Shown here piece after piece: positions 13,843 through 26,682 of a DNA stretch of 64,000 bases. This DNA is from the human T2T-CHM13v2.0 reference genome, Homo sapiens. The stretch is from the NCBI RefSeq assembly GCF_009914755.1, contig NC_060933.1. One strand, 5' to 3'. The position numbers and the translations under genes are program-made. Below the pieces are notes generated by a model that was given only the letters and a program-made list of their open reading frames with translations, searched no databases and was not told the origin of the DNA. Numbering within the stretch: the first letter of the stretch is position 1; every line of letters starts with the position of its first letter.

Positions 13843-14337
13843 TTTGAATTATATTTCATAGTAGCTCAAAGTTAGTCTTGATGGATAAATGAATGTAATA
13901 CAACCATATACATTATTAGTAAGGAACTTAATAATATCATGAAGTATCTTTAACCAAAGTAATAATTAAAAAGTAGGAGTAAACCATAGTAAGTTCAAAT
14001 TTAGAATTTGATAGATAATGGAGATTACTTTTTAGGCCTAAATATTGAAGGATAGATGTTTATGAAACTTTGAGGTTCAAATTATTTGTAGAAATGTTTA
14101 TTTAATATTATATTCAAGATATTAAAATGACAACAATAGGAAAATGTATAAGAGATTTGTTAAACACATCCTGAAAGCATGGAAATAACCATATATCTTA
14201 GCCTAATGCATGAAATAGTATAGCAAATATAAGCAGGATGTTTTTATTTTTATTTTAAAATTGTGTTTATCACTGGATAGGGATAATAAATTTATTCTAT
14301 TTATTTTTTGCTGTTAAACATATACTTTAATAAACTA

Positions 14338-14490
14338 AACACATTTGTTTCTGCAGTGGATGGAAATATGTTTGTCACAGGTAAAATTGTCACTTGGGTA
14401 AATTTTATCTCAAGCAACTCCTTTTTAGTTTTAATACTTTCTATGTTGCCCAAATCAAGTCTTATTTCCATGAATCACTGTTTTATGTAA
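14338..14490 (+). repeat. Dispersed direct duplication, copy 1 (partner 16157-16305)
   Basis: Colinear match across ~150 bp (gtggatggaaatatgt ... gcaactc ... ttctatgttgcccaaat.aagtcttattt.cat.aatcactg). Confidence 0.9.
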
Positions 14491-15880
14491 TAATTTTCTT
14501 GGTGAGGTCAATTTACATAGTTTTGGTACTTTCATGTCAGATTTCTAAGGTAGTATAATTTAGTTTAGAGGAAGAATTTCTACACAGATCATGCAATTGT
14601 CTCTTCATTATATATCAGGGTAAAATCTACAAAAAACAAAATTGGTTTGAGAACAAAGCTGTCATTACTTGCAAGATGAAAACAGAAAAATTGCATGTGT
14701 TTATTAAAACACAGAAGTATATTCCTGTGCAAATTAATGCAGATTCTGAAGTGAAAGACAGGACTTTTGAGAGATTTTGAGTCCAAGGATTCACCTCTTC
14801 AAACACAACTGAAAAAACTCTATTTTTTTTATTTTTAAATCTAATCAGTTTATATATGCCCAGGTCCAGCAAAAAGAAGCTGGGTTGATAATGTGTTTTG
14901 CAGTTATTCAAGCTAGTTTGAAAGAGTACCTGGCAGTGATTGTGAAGACCAATGATTGTGCTACTAAGGTCTCTCAATTGCCAGACACCCACCAAGTATT
15001 TTTTAAATATGCTGTTCTGTTTTGAAACTCAAAACCTTGTATTTTTGTTAATCTAGTTACCTGCCAAATCAAACAGGAATCCAAAGTTTCATAACCCTGC
15101 TGTGTTCTCTGGTTACTAGAAATAAGCATATTTTTGATGTTTTAACAACCTTTTAAAATAATAATTTCTAATAATGAAATAGAATATTTCTATTTTAAGT
15201 AGCTATTGGGTATATCTTTACATAACTAGATGATTATATTAAATGGGTTTTTTAGATGAATGATGTGCATGGGTAGATATTTTTAAAATGAAATATGTTT
15301 TTTCCTTTTTTACTTAAATTTCTTTTTAGAACATACTGTTATGAACATTAACATTTATCCAAGTCCTTGGGACAATTCTTCTTCAGTTACCCAGTAAAAT
15401 TTTCATGATCTCTGCAAAACATAGATTAGAAATATAAAATAACATAAATTTTAGAATACAGTGAGATGACTTACACAATTTGATAATATTTTATATAATA
15501 TTTTATGATTAACCAGTTAACTGAAACCTAAAAACCTGTATTAACTGATTAATATTGCAGCAAAATGTCAGTTCATGTTATTGTATCAATCACTTGTGGA
15601 TACATGATTATGCTGTCGTGATATGATTTCTAACAATTGTCTTGTCATTTTTAGCTTTTACTATTATAATTTTAATTAAAATATATTAAAGTCACTATGT
15701 CATAACAGACTTTATATTGTGCCATGCAGTCCTATTGCTCTTTTGTTTCAAATATCATATAGTCTAAAGCAATGATTCTCATTAAATACATGCATCAAAA
15801 TCAACTGCAGTTATTACATGCTAACTCAAACTTACAAAATCAAGCTCTCTGTGATCCTGGTTAATACATCTAAGTACTTG

Positions 15881-16152
15881 AGCCGATAATCCAAGTACTT
15901 TAGGGGGTCGAGGTGAGAGGATAGCATGTGGCCAGAAGTTCAAGACCAGCCTGGGCAACATAGCGAGACTCCATCTCCACAAAAAAGTGTTAAAAATTAG
16001 CCAGACATGGTGGTGCATGTCTTAGTTCTAACTACTCAGGAGGCTGAGAAAGGAAGATTACTTTAGCCCAGGAGCTCAAAGGTGCAGTGAGCTGTGACTG
16101 CACTCCAGCCCGTCTAAAAAAAAAAAAAAGGAAAAAAAAAAAGAAATAAAAA
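15881..16152 (+). mobile_element. AluJ, 5'-truncated with internal deletions
   Basis: gttcaagaccagcctgggcaacatagcgagac, gcccaggag, poly-A tail. Confidence 0.88.
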
Positions 16153-16156
16153 GGTA

Positions 16157-16305
16157 TACACTTTTTTTTCTGAAGTGGATGGAAATATGTCATGTCAGAG
16201 GTAAATTGTGACTTGAGTAAGTTTTATGTTGAGCAACTCTTTTTGTTTACATTTTCTATGTTGCCCAAATAAAGTCTTATTTTCATAAATCACTGCTTTA
16301 TGAAA
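16157..16305 (+). repeat. Dispersed direct duplication, copy 2 (partner 14338-14490)
   Basis: Starts directly after the AluJ A-tail. Roughly 80% identical to copy 1 by eye. Confidence 0.9.
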
Positions 16306-16322
16306 TCACAACTTTTCCTGCA

Positions 16323-16448
16323 GCCCTGGGTATGGTGGCACACAGTTGTAGTCCCAGGTACACTGGATGCTGAGGCAAAAGGATCATTTGAACCCAGAAC
16401 TTGAAGGTCAACCTGGGCAACATAGCAAGATCCTATCTGTAACAAAAA
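16323..16448 (+). mobile_element. Free Alu monomer (FLAM/FAM-like)
   Basis: ctgggtatggtggcacac..tgtagtcccag...aacctgggcaacatagcaagatcc, single arm only. Confidence 0.8.
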
Positions 16449-16603
16449 TTTTTTTAATGATAATTCTCATGCAAAATTCAGTTTGCACTGTTTTAAAAAA
16501 TGAAACACTTATAAGAGCATGGTCATAAGGCAATTCTGACTTGGTGTCAAGCCATTTAAACTTAGATATGACCTAGGATTTAGGATCCTTGCTATTGTTT
16601 ACA

Positions 16604-17194
16604 TAGTAAGTCCACATTTAATATCAGTAGATTATTGGAAACTGCAACTATCAGCAAAATGGTGAACAATGAAACAAATTTTACCATAGGCCAATTGATA
16701 CAACAAGATATAAGTTCCTACTGCATATTTCTGGTCACAATATTATCACTGTACTTCTAAATGGAGACTAAAACACTTATAACATTCAACACTGAAATAA
16801 GTGTGAGGTATACATACATTTTTAAAAAGATTAATAAAAACAAGTAAGATGATTATTTACCCAATTATTCCAGTTCAGAGTCTCGGGTGGCAAGAACCTA
16901 TTCTTACTCAGCATGCAATGCAGGAATAAACCCTGCACAGGATGCTATTCCATGGCAGGGCACAACCACATTCACTCACATTGGGACACACAGTGGGGAA
17001 ATGCCAATTAACCAGACATGCACATCTTGGGGATGTGAGAGGAAGCAGGACTTCCTGGAGAAAACCCATGCAGGCATGGGGAGAACATGCAGACCCTACA
17101 CAGATGGTAGCCCTGTCCAGGAATCAATATTTATTCTCATCTACATTATAGCAAAACAACGTTGAATAAAACAACTTTATTTGAGGACCTGTTT
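16604..17194. mobile_element. MER6A (TcMar-Tigger non-autonomous DNA transposon), near full length
   Basis: Termini agtaagtcc... and ...tttgaggacctg. Internal match including ggagaaaacccatgcaggcatggggagaacatgca. Confidence 0.85.
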
Positions 17195-18739
17195 TACTTG
17201 TACATCTTTGGGAAAATCTTTCAACTTTTATTACTCATAATGTTCTCAGTAAAAGTGTGTTAAGAATACATATTTCAGGAGGTTTTTTGAGACAATCAAA
17301 TGTGGCAATGCATGCAGAATTAATAGCCCATAAGGCATTTTATACAGTATGTTCTTAGTAATCTACTTTTAATTGATAATTGCTTTATAAAATAATCTGA
17401 TTACTTTTGGTATAAAGGATAACATATTCCACTAATACTGTGAAGTTTCAGTGATATAAACACTTAGAAATCATCTGCTCTGTTATGGAAAAAAACATCT
17501 AGAAGTATCTTTCAGATTGAAAAATGTTTTTAAGGTGCTGGAATAACAGTACCTCTTGCAGATTTGTCTAGCATTACCCAATGCTTGTGATTGCTAGTAA
17601 TATTAGTGAAATAAGTATGCAAATCTTTTAATAACTGAATAGAATCCTTCCCTGAACAATTTCCCAGGTGTTATTGCTGTTGCTATCTTATTAAATATTC
17701 AATGCCATCTATTATATCCTATACAGAGTCAAATAATAAGCTTACATAAACTAATATTTAATATAATACTAATAAATTTAAGATGATATAAAGCAGAATA
17801 AAATAACATTTCAGAATAAAAAGACTTTGAAGCTTCCCTGTATTACTTGATAAGATTTAGGTACAGTCTCAAGAAAACATTTTTTTTTCCTTCTTCTGCA
17901 TCAGCTCATCTACAAACCAATTTATTTCTGAAATAGGCCCCAGGGGCAGGCTGGTTGGTGACTGTAATGGGGGATATCTGACTGGCCACTCAAGGAAATT
18001 GCTATGGACTTTTAATCTTATTTTGATTAAGTTCTGTGCAGATTGTGTCTGCCAGGCGAGCACTAAGATTACTGTTTCTGAGATCTTTTGGTTGCTATCA
18101 GACTGGACTCAATTTTTTTTCTACATTCTCAAGGTTAAGTTGAAACAGTATTACCCATTATTTATAAATGGTAAGTGTTTAGGTTTTGCCTTGTGTTACA
18201 AACTAGAATGTTAATAAAAATACTATATTTAACAAGTTGCAAGTTTATGAAAGTCATTGTTTTTGAAAGTAAGTTTTAGATTAAAAAAACAAAAGAAAGG
18301 AAAAGAAAAATCTTTTAAGGGGAAACAATGTCTTTATGTGTTTAAAGTTTCAAAAGGTAATTTATAAAGAAATCAAATATAGTTAAAAATAACTAATCAA
18401 AGATGAATATTTAGTGTAGAGGAACATGGATATGGATAAACTGTAGGGTATTTTATTCATCTTTTTCTTTCAGCAAAGATCTAACTAAAATTAGAGAAAT
18501 GATGTGTTTTATTCTAGAACCATCATGATACAAACAATAATATGTTGTTTTTCATCTTGTATTGGATAAACACTATTAATCCCATTAATCCATTCCTCTT
18601 TGCTTCTTCAATTAAAATTCTGTGTATTATATAAATACCTCCCTCTACCCTCTGCAGTGTAGGAGAATCAGGGAAATCTCATCCCATCTGCCGAAACAGA
18701 GATGTATCCTGTATGTACCTTGCCAATGATGGCAACTTC

Positions 18740-19082
18740 TTTTCCTTTGTCGAGATATAATACAAACCCCAGGTTGACACCATTTAGTTCATGATATCAC
18801 TTCCAGATTGATATTGGTGGAAAGGTGACTTAATCTGGCTAAATCAGATGCAAGAGATGGACTTGTGTTCTATTATTAGAATATAAATTTCTTGTCTTTC
18901 TGTATATGATTAGTAAAGCATGCTGCAACAATTGTTCTTATCAGCGAAGAAAAATTCTGATAAGCACCTGGAAATACGGCACCTGGAAGCCCTCATTCCT
19001 CAGGACTTGATAAAAGAATTCATTATTATTAAAGCAAGTTAAGAGCCAGGATTACTGTTACTTGTCTTGAAAGCATGTTGAC
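18740..19082 (+). mobile_element. Ancient ERVL-type LTR (LTR16-like)
   Basis: 3' end ggattactgttacttgtcttgaaagcat resembles LTR16 termini. Highly decayed. Confidence 0.35.
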
Positions 19083-19489
19083 ATCTCCATTGTTCCACAT
19101 GCCTTGTCAGAATGATCTCTGGCTTAGGGAAAACTTTTCAGCTATCTGCTCTAGCACACTGGTGTGAAAGATGTGTTAAGGGAGAGGTGATAGCTTGATC
19201 CTTAGTGCTGTCAGACATCAGGTGGGTCTTAGATAGCTCGAATCATCAGGTCACTTTTTTCAGCCATGAGTAGTATGCTCTACAGCAGTTATTAATTTAT
19301 ATAAATGCTGTAGATTTAAAAATGGTAGTGAAGTGCTAATTCAGAGTATCTGATTTATAATTCAGAGCAATTCAATGGGTCATAGTTAAGTTGGCAGAAG
19401 TATTCTAGTTATCTCTCCAAATATAATAATTTTAAATATTGTTCACACAAGGAAAAAACCTAACATCTTTCTCCATATCCTTAAAACTC

Positions 19490-19648
19490 CAGATAAGAAT
19501 TTGATCATGCAGTGCTTGTCTTTCTGTGCCTGGCTTATTTCACTTAACAAAGTGTCCTCCAACTTCATCCACATTGCTAAAAATCACAGCATTTTATGGC
19601 TGAATATTGTTCTGGAGGGGTGGATAGATAGATGATAAATAGATAGAT

Positions 19649-19689
<41 letters not shown>

Positions 19690-20277
19690 ATAGATATACA
19701 TTTATACACCACATTTTCTTTATCCATTTGTTGTTAGATGAGCATTTAGGCAGATTCCATATCACAGCTATTTTGAATGATGCTTCAATATCCCTGGGTG
19801 CAGATGTCTCTTTGACATACTAATTTCATTTTTTTTGATTACGTACCCAGTAGTGGGATTGCTGGGTAATATAATAGTTCTCTTTTTTATTTTTTGTGGA
19901 AACTCCATACTGCTTTTCATAACAGCTATACTATTTTAAATTCCCACCAACAGTGTATAACATTCCTCTTTCTCCACATTATCGTTTCCATTTGTTATAT
20001 TTTGTCTTCTTGATAATATCCATCATTTAAACTGGGATAAGGTAATAGCTCATTGCGGTTTTGTTTTGCATTTTTCTGAGGCTTAATGATGTTGAGCATT
20101 TCTTTATATATTGTTTGGCCATTTGTATGTCTTCTTTTGTCCATTTTTTAATCAACTTTTTCTTTTGCTATTGAGTTTTTTGAGTTCCTTATATATTCTG
20201 GATATCAAACCTTGTTGAATACATAGTTTGCAAACACCTTATCCTGTTCTGTAATTGTCTCTTCGTTTTATTGATTG
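19490..20277 (-). mobile_element. L1MA-type fragment (ORF2 end/3' UTR)
   Basis: tgtctttctgtgcctggcttatttcacttaac, cccagtagtgggattgctggg, ttcccaccaacagtgta. Confidence 0.85.
19623..19695 (+). repeat. (GATA)n tetranucleotide STR inside the L1
   Basis: Directly visible, including a run of about 10 perfect units. Confidence 0.95.
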
Positions 20278-21914
20278 ATAAGAAGTAGGTTAATTGTGCT
20301 ATATAAGTGCAAACTTTGTCTAAAGGAGAATATGTGTTCTTTGAAGACAAATGTCCATTTGTCAAGCCCCCCAGTACTTTCTTTTATGTAGGAATGCCAA
20401 TATAGGACCTTTCCGTTTTGAAGCTGTTTGTGAGTAGATTTTTCTCTTCCCACCAACTGGAGGCTAAAATGTAAACCAGAGACCCAAGAATAGCCACTCA
20501 TTCCTTGCATTTTTAACCTTGCAAGGTAAGAAGTAGGCAGAGAGTCTGAAATTATTCCTGTCAGATGGATAGATTTTTTGAATCCAATGGTAAAGTGGGA
20601 AGTGACAAGCTAAAGCAGAGCCCAGCAGCATTCCAGAAAATGCCTGTGCATGCTTTGCTGGCAGTGGCCAGCGGTCATGACTGACAGGACAATAGCCACA
20701 TGAAAAGCAGAACTTCCTTTTTCTGATATTGGTTCTGACTTGCTCTCTGATTCCTGCCTGAGGCTGGTTCACCTACTTTTTTTTTCAATTCTAAGAGCTG
20801 CGTTGTGCTTTTCCAACGCATTCATTTTTGCTTGCTTTAAATTCCAAGTAATTTCTATTGTCTTTAAACAACTGCCTACCTAAAATAATTATTAAATATA
20901 TAGCTAAAACACTAAATTAAATAAACTTACATTGTTTTCCTTGCTGTAAGAATTCTCTAAGCCTTTCTTATTTTAATATGCATCATGAACCTCCAGTTGA
21001 GGCAATGTGCAACACATTTTGAGAGACATGATCTACCTGTTGGAATCTTAACATTTAGAACAGATATATTGATCAGTGTATAATTTTTGGATTATCAAAG
21101 ATGGGAATAAAATTGAGCTATAATATATAAAATAAGAGGATTTATATATGTTTGTTTTTTTACTCCCCATCTCACCTGCTACTTCTTTATGGATAACAGT
21201 TATCCCACTTGATGGAATTTTTCTCTTTTCATCCATTACTTTTTTATTTAAAGTATTCCCTCTCCTAGGATGTAAGTTTCTATAGACTGAAATGTTGTTA
21301 TTTAATGGTAATAAGCCTTATTTTCAGGCTGCTTTACAGAATTTTGGCTTTGTCTTTTGTTTTCTTCATTGTACTTTTCTTACTCCACTCAGAATTTGTT
21401 GACCTTCTTAAATCTGCTTATATCTGTCTTCAATCAGTACTAAAAACATTCTCTATTATTTCCTTAGTTATTGCCTTTGTCTCTCTTTTCCTGGTAAAGT
21501 TTAGACACATATTAACGTTTAACTCTATCCTTTGTATCTTGAAACTTTTCTTCAATAATTTATTTTCTTTCTTCCTACTGCACTTCGTTAATTTTCTAGT
21601 AGTTCTCTGTTACTTCTAGAAGGTATTTCCTTTCTAAATCTACCATGATCATATTTGTATTTTCCTATGTGCATCTTTAAGCCTATGTTTTGTTCTTTAA
21701 CTTCTGTCTGATAATTCTATTATTTAAATTGTTTTTCTTGTCTGTCGATTTGTTTCTGGATGTTGTTATCCTTAACAATATACTGATTCTTCTCTGTGTA
21801 TGTGTGTCTCTCTCTCCATGTCTCTCTAAACACATGCACACAAACTCTCTCTCTCTCTCTCATGTATGCTATATTGCATACAAATGATTTACCAAAATAA
21901 TTGACTTTATTTTT

Positions 21915-22022
21915 AATACAGACCTACAAGTTAGTTACTTTCATATTCACGTTACAGTTGAGGAAACTGAGACTCAAAGGGAAAAATGACTTGGCCAAGT
22001 TTATACACCCAATTAGTGTCAG
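21915..22022 (-). mobile_element. MIR core
   Basis: ttacagttgaggaaactgagactcaaag...tgacttggccaag. Confidence 0.75.
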
Positions 22023-22618
22023 GATAGTTTAAGATTACCTTGTTGTCTACTATGGAGGTAAGTTCCTCCAGAAGTTTTGCTTATGCAAGCATTACCCATA
22101 TCAGATCATCTTAAATCAGGGTGAAAATATGAGTATCTGAACAACTCAGATTTGGTCCCAGACTTCAAGTATGCTCAAGAGCTGGTTCTTGTTTTCTCCT
22201 TCATTGGAGTGTATTAACCTTATGATTCTAGCTTAGAATAGCAAAAGTCTCTGGGCAGACTCTCTATATTTTGTCAGCCATAGACTATAATTTCTTTTTC
22301 ATCTGAGAATTCTATCTGAATAAAAGTTAACTTGGCTTGCAAGGAAAAGTTCCCCAAATTCAGTGACAGTTTTCCTCTTTGAGCTCCCATCTTCTTTAAC
22401 TCTTATCATGTTTTTCTGGTAGCTCTGTTCTGCTTCTTCGTTTGACTTCCATTGAATTGGGTAACTTTTTTTTTCCTCTTCCCGATGTACATAAATGACT
22501 TAAAGTATATCAATATCACTATATTCTCTATAACACACAAATAACTAGCATAAATACGTTGCATTTAGACAGTATAGTCTAAATACAAGTTCCCTGTCCT
22601 ATTTTGTAGGTCTTTGAA

Positions 22619-23050
22619 TGTTGTTTAAAAAAAATGCAACTAAGACATGTTAAATTTCACTAAGTTTATTTGACCAAGAAAAAGGTTTGAGAAGTAGGCA
22701 CCATCCCAGAACAAAGATCGTTCAGAGTGACTCCACATCCAGAGTGGTGAGATGTATTTATAACCAGAACATATAAAATTATATTCAGAGTTTCCCTGAT
22801 TGGTGCAGTTCAATATTTGCCTTATTTGGGCATAATTTGGCAGCATTCAGCCTAGGATTGACTAAGGGTTTGGCTCCTATGATTGGTTGAGTCTCAGTTG
22901 CTTGGTTACAAGTCCATATATCTACATTAGCTTACAACTTATCTACACATTAAGTTAGAGTACAGTCACTATGTATGGATGCCGCTTTGGGCCAAACTTA
23001 ATTAGGCAAGTACAATGGGCACTTTGAGCCAAACTTAACTCAGCTTAACG
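22619..23050 (-). mobile_element. MER57/MER93-family ERV1 solo LTR
   Basis: Reverse complement begins gttaagctgagttaagtttggctcaaag...ttaagtttggcccaaag...catacatagtga and contains CCAAT boxes and cccaaataaggcaaa. TG...CA-like ends. Confidence 0.7.
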
Positions 23051-23609
23051 ATGTTCTCTAGTATTTGTTTTACTTTATTGTATTTGTTTGATTCAATATA
23101 GCAAATGCTTCTTTAGACTTACCCACATGTTTATATATATATTACTGTTTTGCCTCCATTGAACATGCCTTCTACTTCCTAATTTGTGCCAGAATTGACT
23201 AGTAGACGCTATGAATGCATCATGCTCTTTGGCCCATTTCGAACACTCAGGTATGTCTGTACTCTTAGTTCATCTATTCATCATTGTTTCTACAGTTCCC
23301 TCATGCTTTAAAAAATATATGGCTTTTATAATTTATCCAGCTTTTTCTTGTCATTTTAATAAGAGTATGTGTCTTATACAACTACTACATTCATCCCAGA
23401 AGTAGAAGCAAACTATTATAATCCCATTATTTTTATTCCTACTATTCTCTTTTCAGAATTTCTTTTAGATATTCCTTGGATAGTTTTATTCAATCCTCCA
23501 TGGCTTTCAGCTTATCTTATGTTCTATCTTTTGGTTCATATTCTGCATTCTGGATAATTCTTCATCTTCACTTTCTAGTTTGTTGATATTCCTTTTGGTG
23601 ACTATAAGC

Positions 23610-23688
23610 TGCTCTTTAAAATGGTCAATAATGCCTAAGATGTTTATTATCTTGCCCTTTGCAGAAAAAAATTTTCAGCTTTTGCTCT
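23610..23688 (+). mobile_element. MER58-like terminal fragment
   Basis: gcctaagatgtttattatcttgccctttgcagaaaaaa resembles the MER58 end. Confidence 0.45.
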
Positions 23689-24015
23689 GGAATGATTTTG
23701 CATCTCTTCCACCCAACTTCCAGTGTATCAATGGCCAGAAAATAATCTATATGTTAATTTGTTAATTTGATGGTTCATGGTTCAAGGCTGTACAATTTAA
23801 AAATTTGAAGTCAAACAACACATGATGGATAATCCTGATGTTACAGATTCTCAGGGGAGAATATGTATTTGTTTTTTCTACCAATTGTTCTAGTATTTAC
23901 AGACAAACTTCTTAATTATACTGGGTTGGTTAATAAGTATTTTTCTTTACTCTTTCAATCTAGGTCCAGCTATGCATCACCCCTTCGCTGATGAGCATTT
24001 AGAAAATCCAAATTT

Positions 24016-24517
<502 letters not shown>

Positions 24518-24747
24518 TCAGGCAACTGGCTTACCATATGGCCTAAATCTGATTCTAAAGTCCACGTTTCACTTTCTCAAATATAAAAACTGTTTGCTAA
24601 TAAGCACTAGAAAAATATTTCAAAGAAGAACATTTTGATAAATATGATTATACGATATTCACTGCAGTAAATAACCGTTGCATACTCAAAGGAGTTTCAT
24701 TTGCATATATAACATGAGATGAAAACCAACGATAAATGGTGACTTTT

Positions 24748-25052
24748 AATAAAATAGATCAGAAATAGTATCTTGTGCAAATAACCTGATGCGAGAATAA
24801 TTATCCCTCTAATTAGTAAAATTCAATAAGAAGGTAGAATTTTCATTTACATGTGATCAAATAACTTTTTTTTACAATACCTTTGCCTTTTGAATTCTTT
24901 AATAAAATACATCAGAAATAGTATCTTGAACAAACAATCTGATGTGACAATAAGTTCCCCTCTAGTAAAATTCAGTGAGAGTGTAGGTTTCTCATTTACA
25001 TGAGATCGAATACCTTTTTTTTTTACAGTACCTTTTGCCTTTTGAATTCTTT
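24748..25052 (+). repeat. Tandem duplication, two ~153-bp units (24748-24900 and 24901-25052)
   Basis: Both units start aataaaata.atcagaaatagtatcttg and end tgccttttgaattcttt. Roughly 80-85% identical by eye. Confidence 0.92.
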
Positions 25053-25800
25053 ATTGTTTTCATTTAAGAAATGTGGAAATCTGAAACAAACTATATTCTC
25101 AATCATGTTAGAAAAAGTATATGTAATATGTATTTTTTAAAGTCCAGTGGCTAAGAACTTAGACTGGGTTTTGAAATAATAATTTCCTAACACAGTTTCT
25201 CAGTATGTTTCCTCTAGACAAGAGAAAACTCTGTAATTATGATTCTTAATTTACCCTGGTAATTTCATAAGAAAAATGATTAATTACTTTGAGCAATCAG
25301 TTATACAGATAATCATGGTTCTTTATTTAAACCACAAAAAATAGAAAGAAAGCAGAGAAGCTTAAGCATAAAATATAAAGAAAAATTCAGTCATTTAGTA
25401 AAAATGAAATCAGTGTTAAAATATTTCTTTTGACACAGTCAGCTAACATCTTTCTATTTTTGCTGAGTAACTATTAATTATATTTTAAGTTCAACTAACT
25501 CTTGACACAGCAATGGAATTTGAAGTGAATATACTACTTTGAAAAATAAATGGTGTATTTAGAGTGTTGACATTTAGAAAATGGTAGTTTTGTGAAATTT
25601 GCAATGTGTTTTAGAATTATAAATGCTAAAGTAAATGAATGCATGATTATATTTAACAGAATAAAAACAGAAGAATTTTTTAAGTCTTGACGACCTAAGG
25701 CAGGGTTCTGTTTTAAGTATTCCCCTTTCAATCAACGTTACAGCTATCCTAACTTAAAACTGCTTCAACTAATAATGTGTATTTATATTAAAAATGTAAT

Positions 25801-25973
25801 CCATGGCTCTGAACCCTGGCTTCCTAGTAGAATCACATGGCAAGATTTTAAGTAATACTCATTTCTTGGCTCTACTAAAGTCCAATTAAAACAGAACTTC
25901 AGTTTTTAGAAAGAGGTGTGGGTAGTTTGAAATGTTCCACATTATTCTAAGATGTGGGTGAGATTAAGAACCA
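25801..25973. mobile_element. MER5B
   Basis: aaccctggct...agaatcacatgg...ccaattaaaacagaa...attctaa...ttaagaacca. Confidence 0.65.
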
Positions 25974-25980
25974 GTAAGCA

Positions 25981-26682
25981 CACCAGTCAGAATGGCTATT
26001 ATTAAAAAGTCAAAAAACAGCAGGTGCTGGTAAGGTTGCAGAGAAAAAGGAACACTATACACTGTTAAAGGGAATGTAAATTAATTCAGCCATTGTGGAA
26101 AACAGTGTGGTGATTCCTCAAAGACCTAAAAACAGAACTACCATTAGACCCAGCAATCCCATTACTGGGTATATATCCAAAGGAATATACATTGTTCTAT
26201 TATAAAGACACACGCACACATATGTTCACTGCAGCACTATTCACATTAACAAAGACATGGAATAGACCTAAATGGCCATCAATAGTAAAGACTGGATAAG
26301 TAAAATGTTGAACATATACACCAGGGAATAAGATGTAGCCATAAAAAGGAATGAGATCATGTGTTCTGAAGGAATATGGATGGCATTGAAGGCCATTATC
26401 CTTAGCAAATGAATGTAGGAACGAAAAAACAAATGCCACATTCTCTCACTTGTAAGTGCAAGCTAAATGATGAGAACACATGCACACAAAGAAGGGAACA
26501 ACAGACACCGGGGCCTGCAAGAGGGCAGAAGGTCGGGGGAGGGAGACCATCTGGAAAAATAACTAATGAATCATAGGCTTAATGCCTGGGTAATGAATTA
26601 ATCTGTAAAACAAACCCCCATGATGCAAATGTATTTATATAACAAACCTGCACATGTACCCCTGAAATTAAAGGTTAAAAAA
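25981..26682 (+). mobile_element. L1PA13-15-like 3' fragment (~700 bp)
   Basis: caccagtcagaatggctattattaaaaagtc ... aacaaacctgcacatgtacccctgaa with A tail. Degenerate TSD aagaaccagtaagca / aagaaacagggagca. Confidence 0.9.

Larger units (their letters stand above)
15770..16490. mobile_element. MER5-family hAT MITE, apparently split by AluJ, the duplicated segment and a FLAM
   Basis: Left end caatgattctca...tgcatcaaaatcaactg (15770-15875) and right end ataattctcatgca...agtttgcactg (16458-16490) resemble MER5 termini. Confidence 0.45.
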
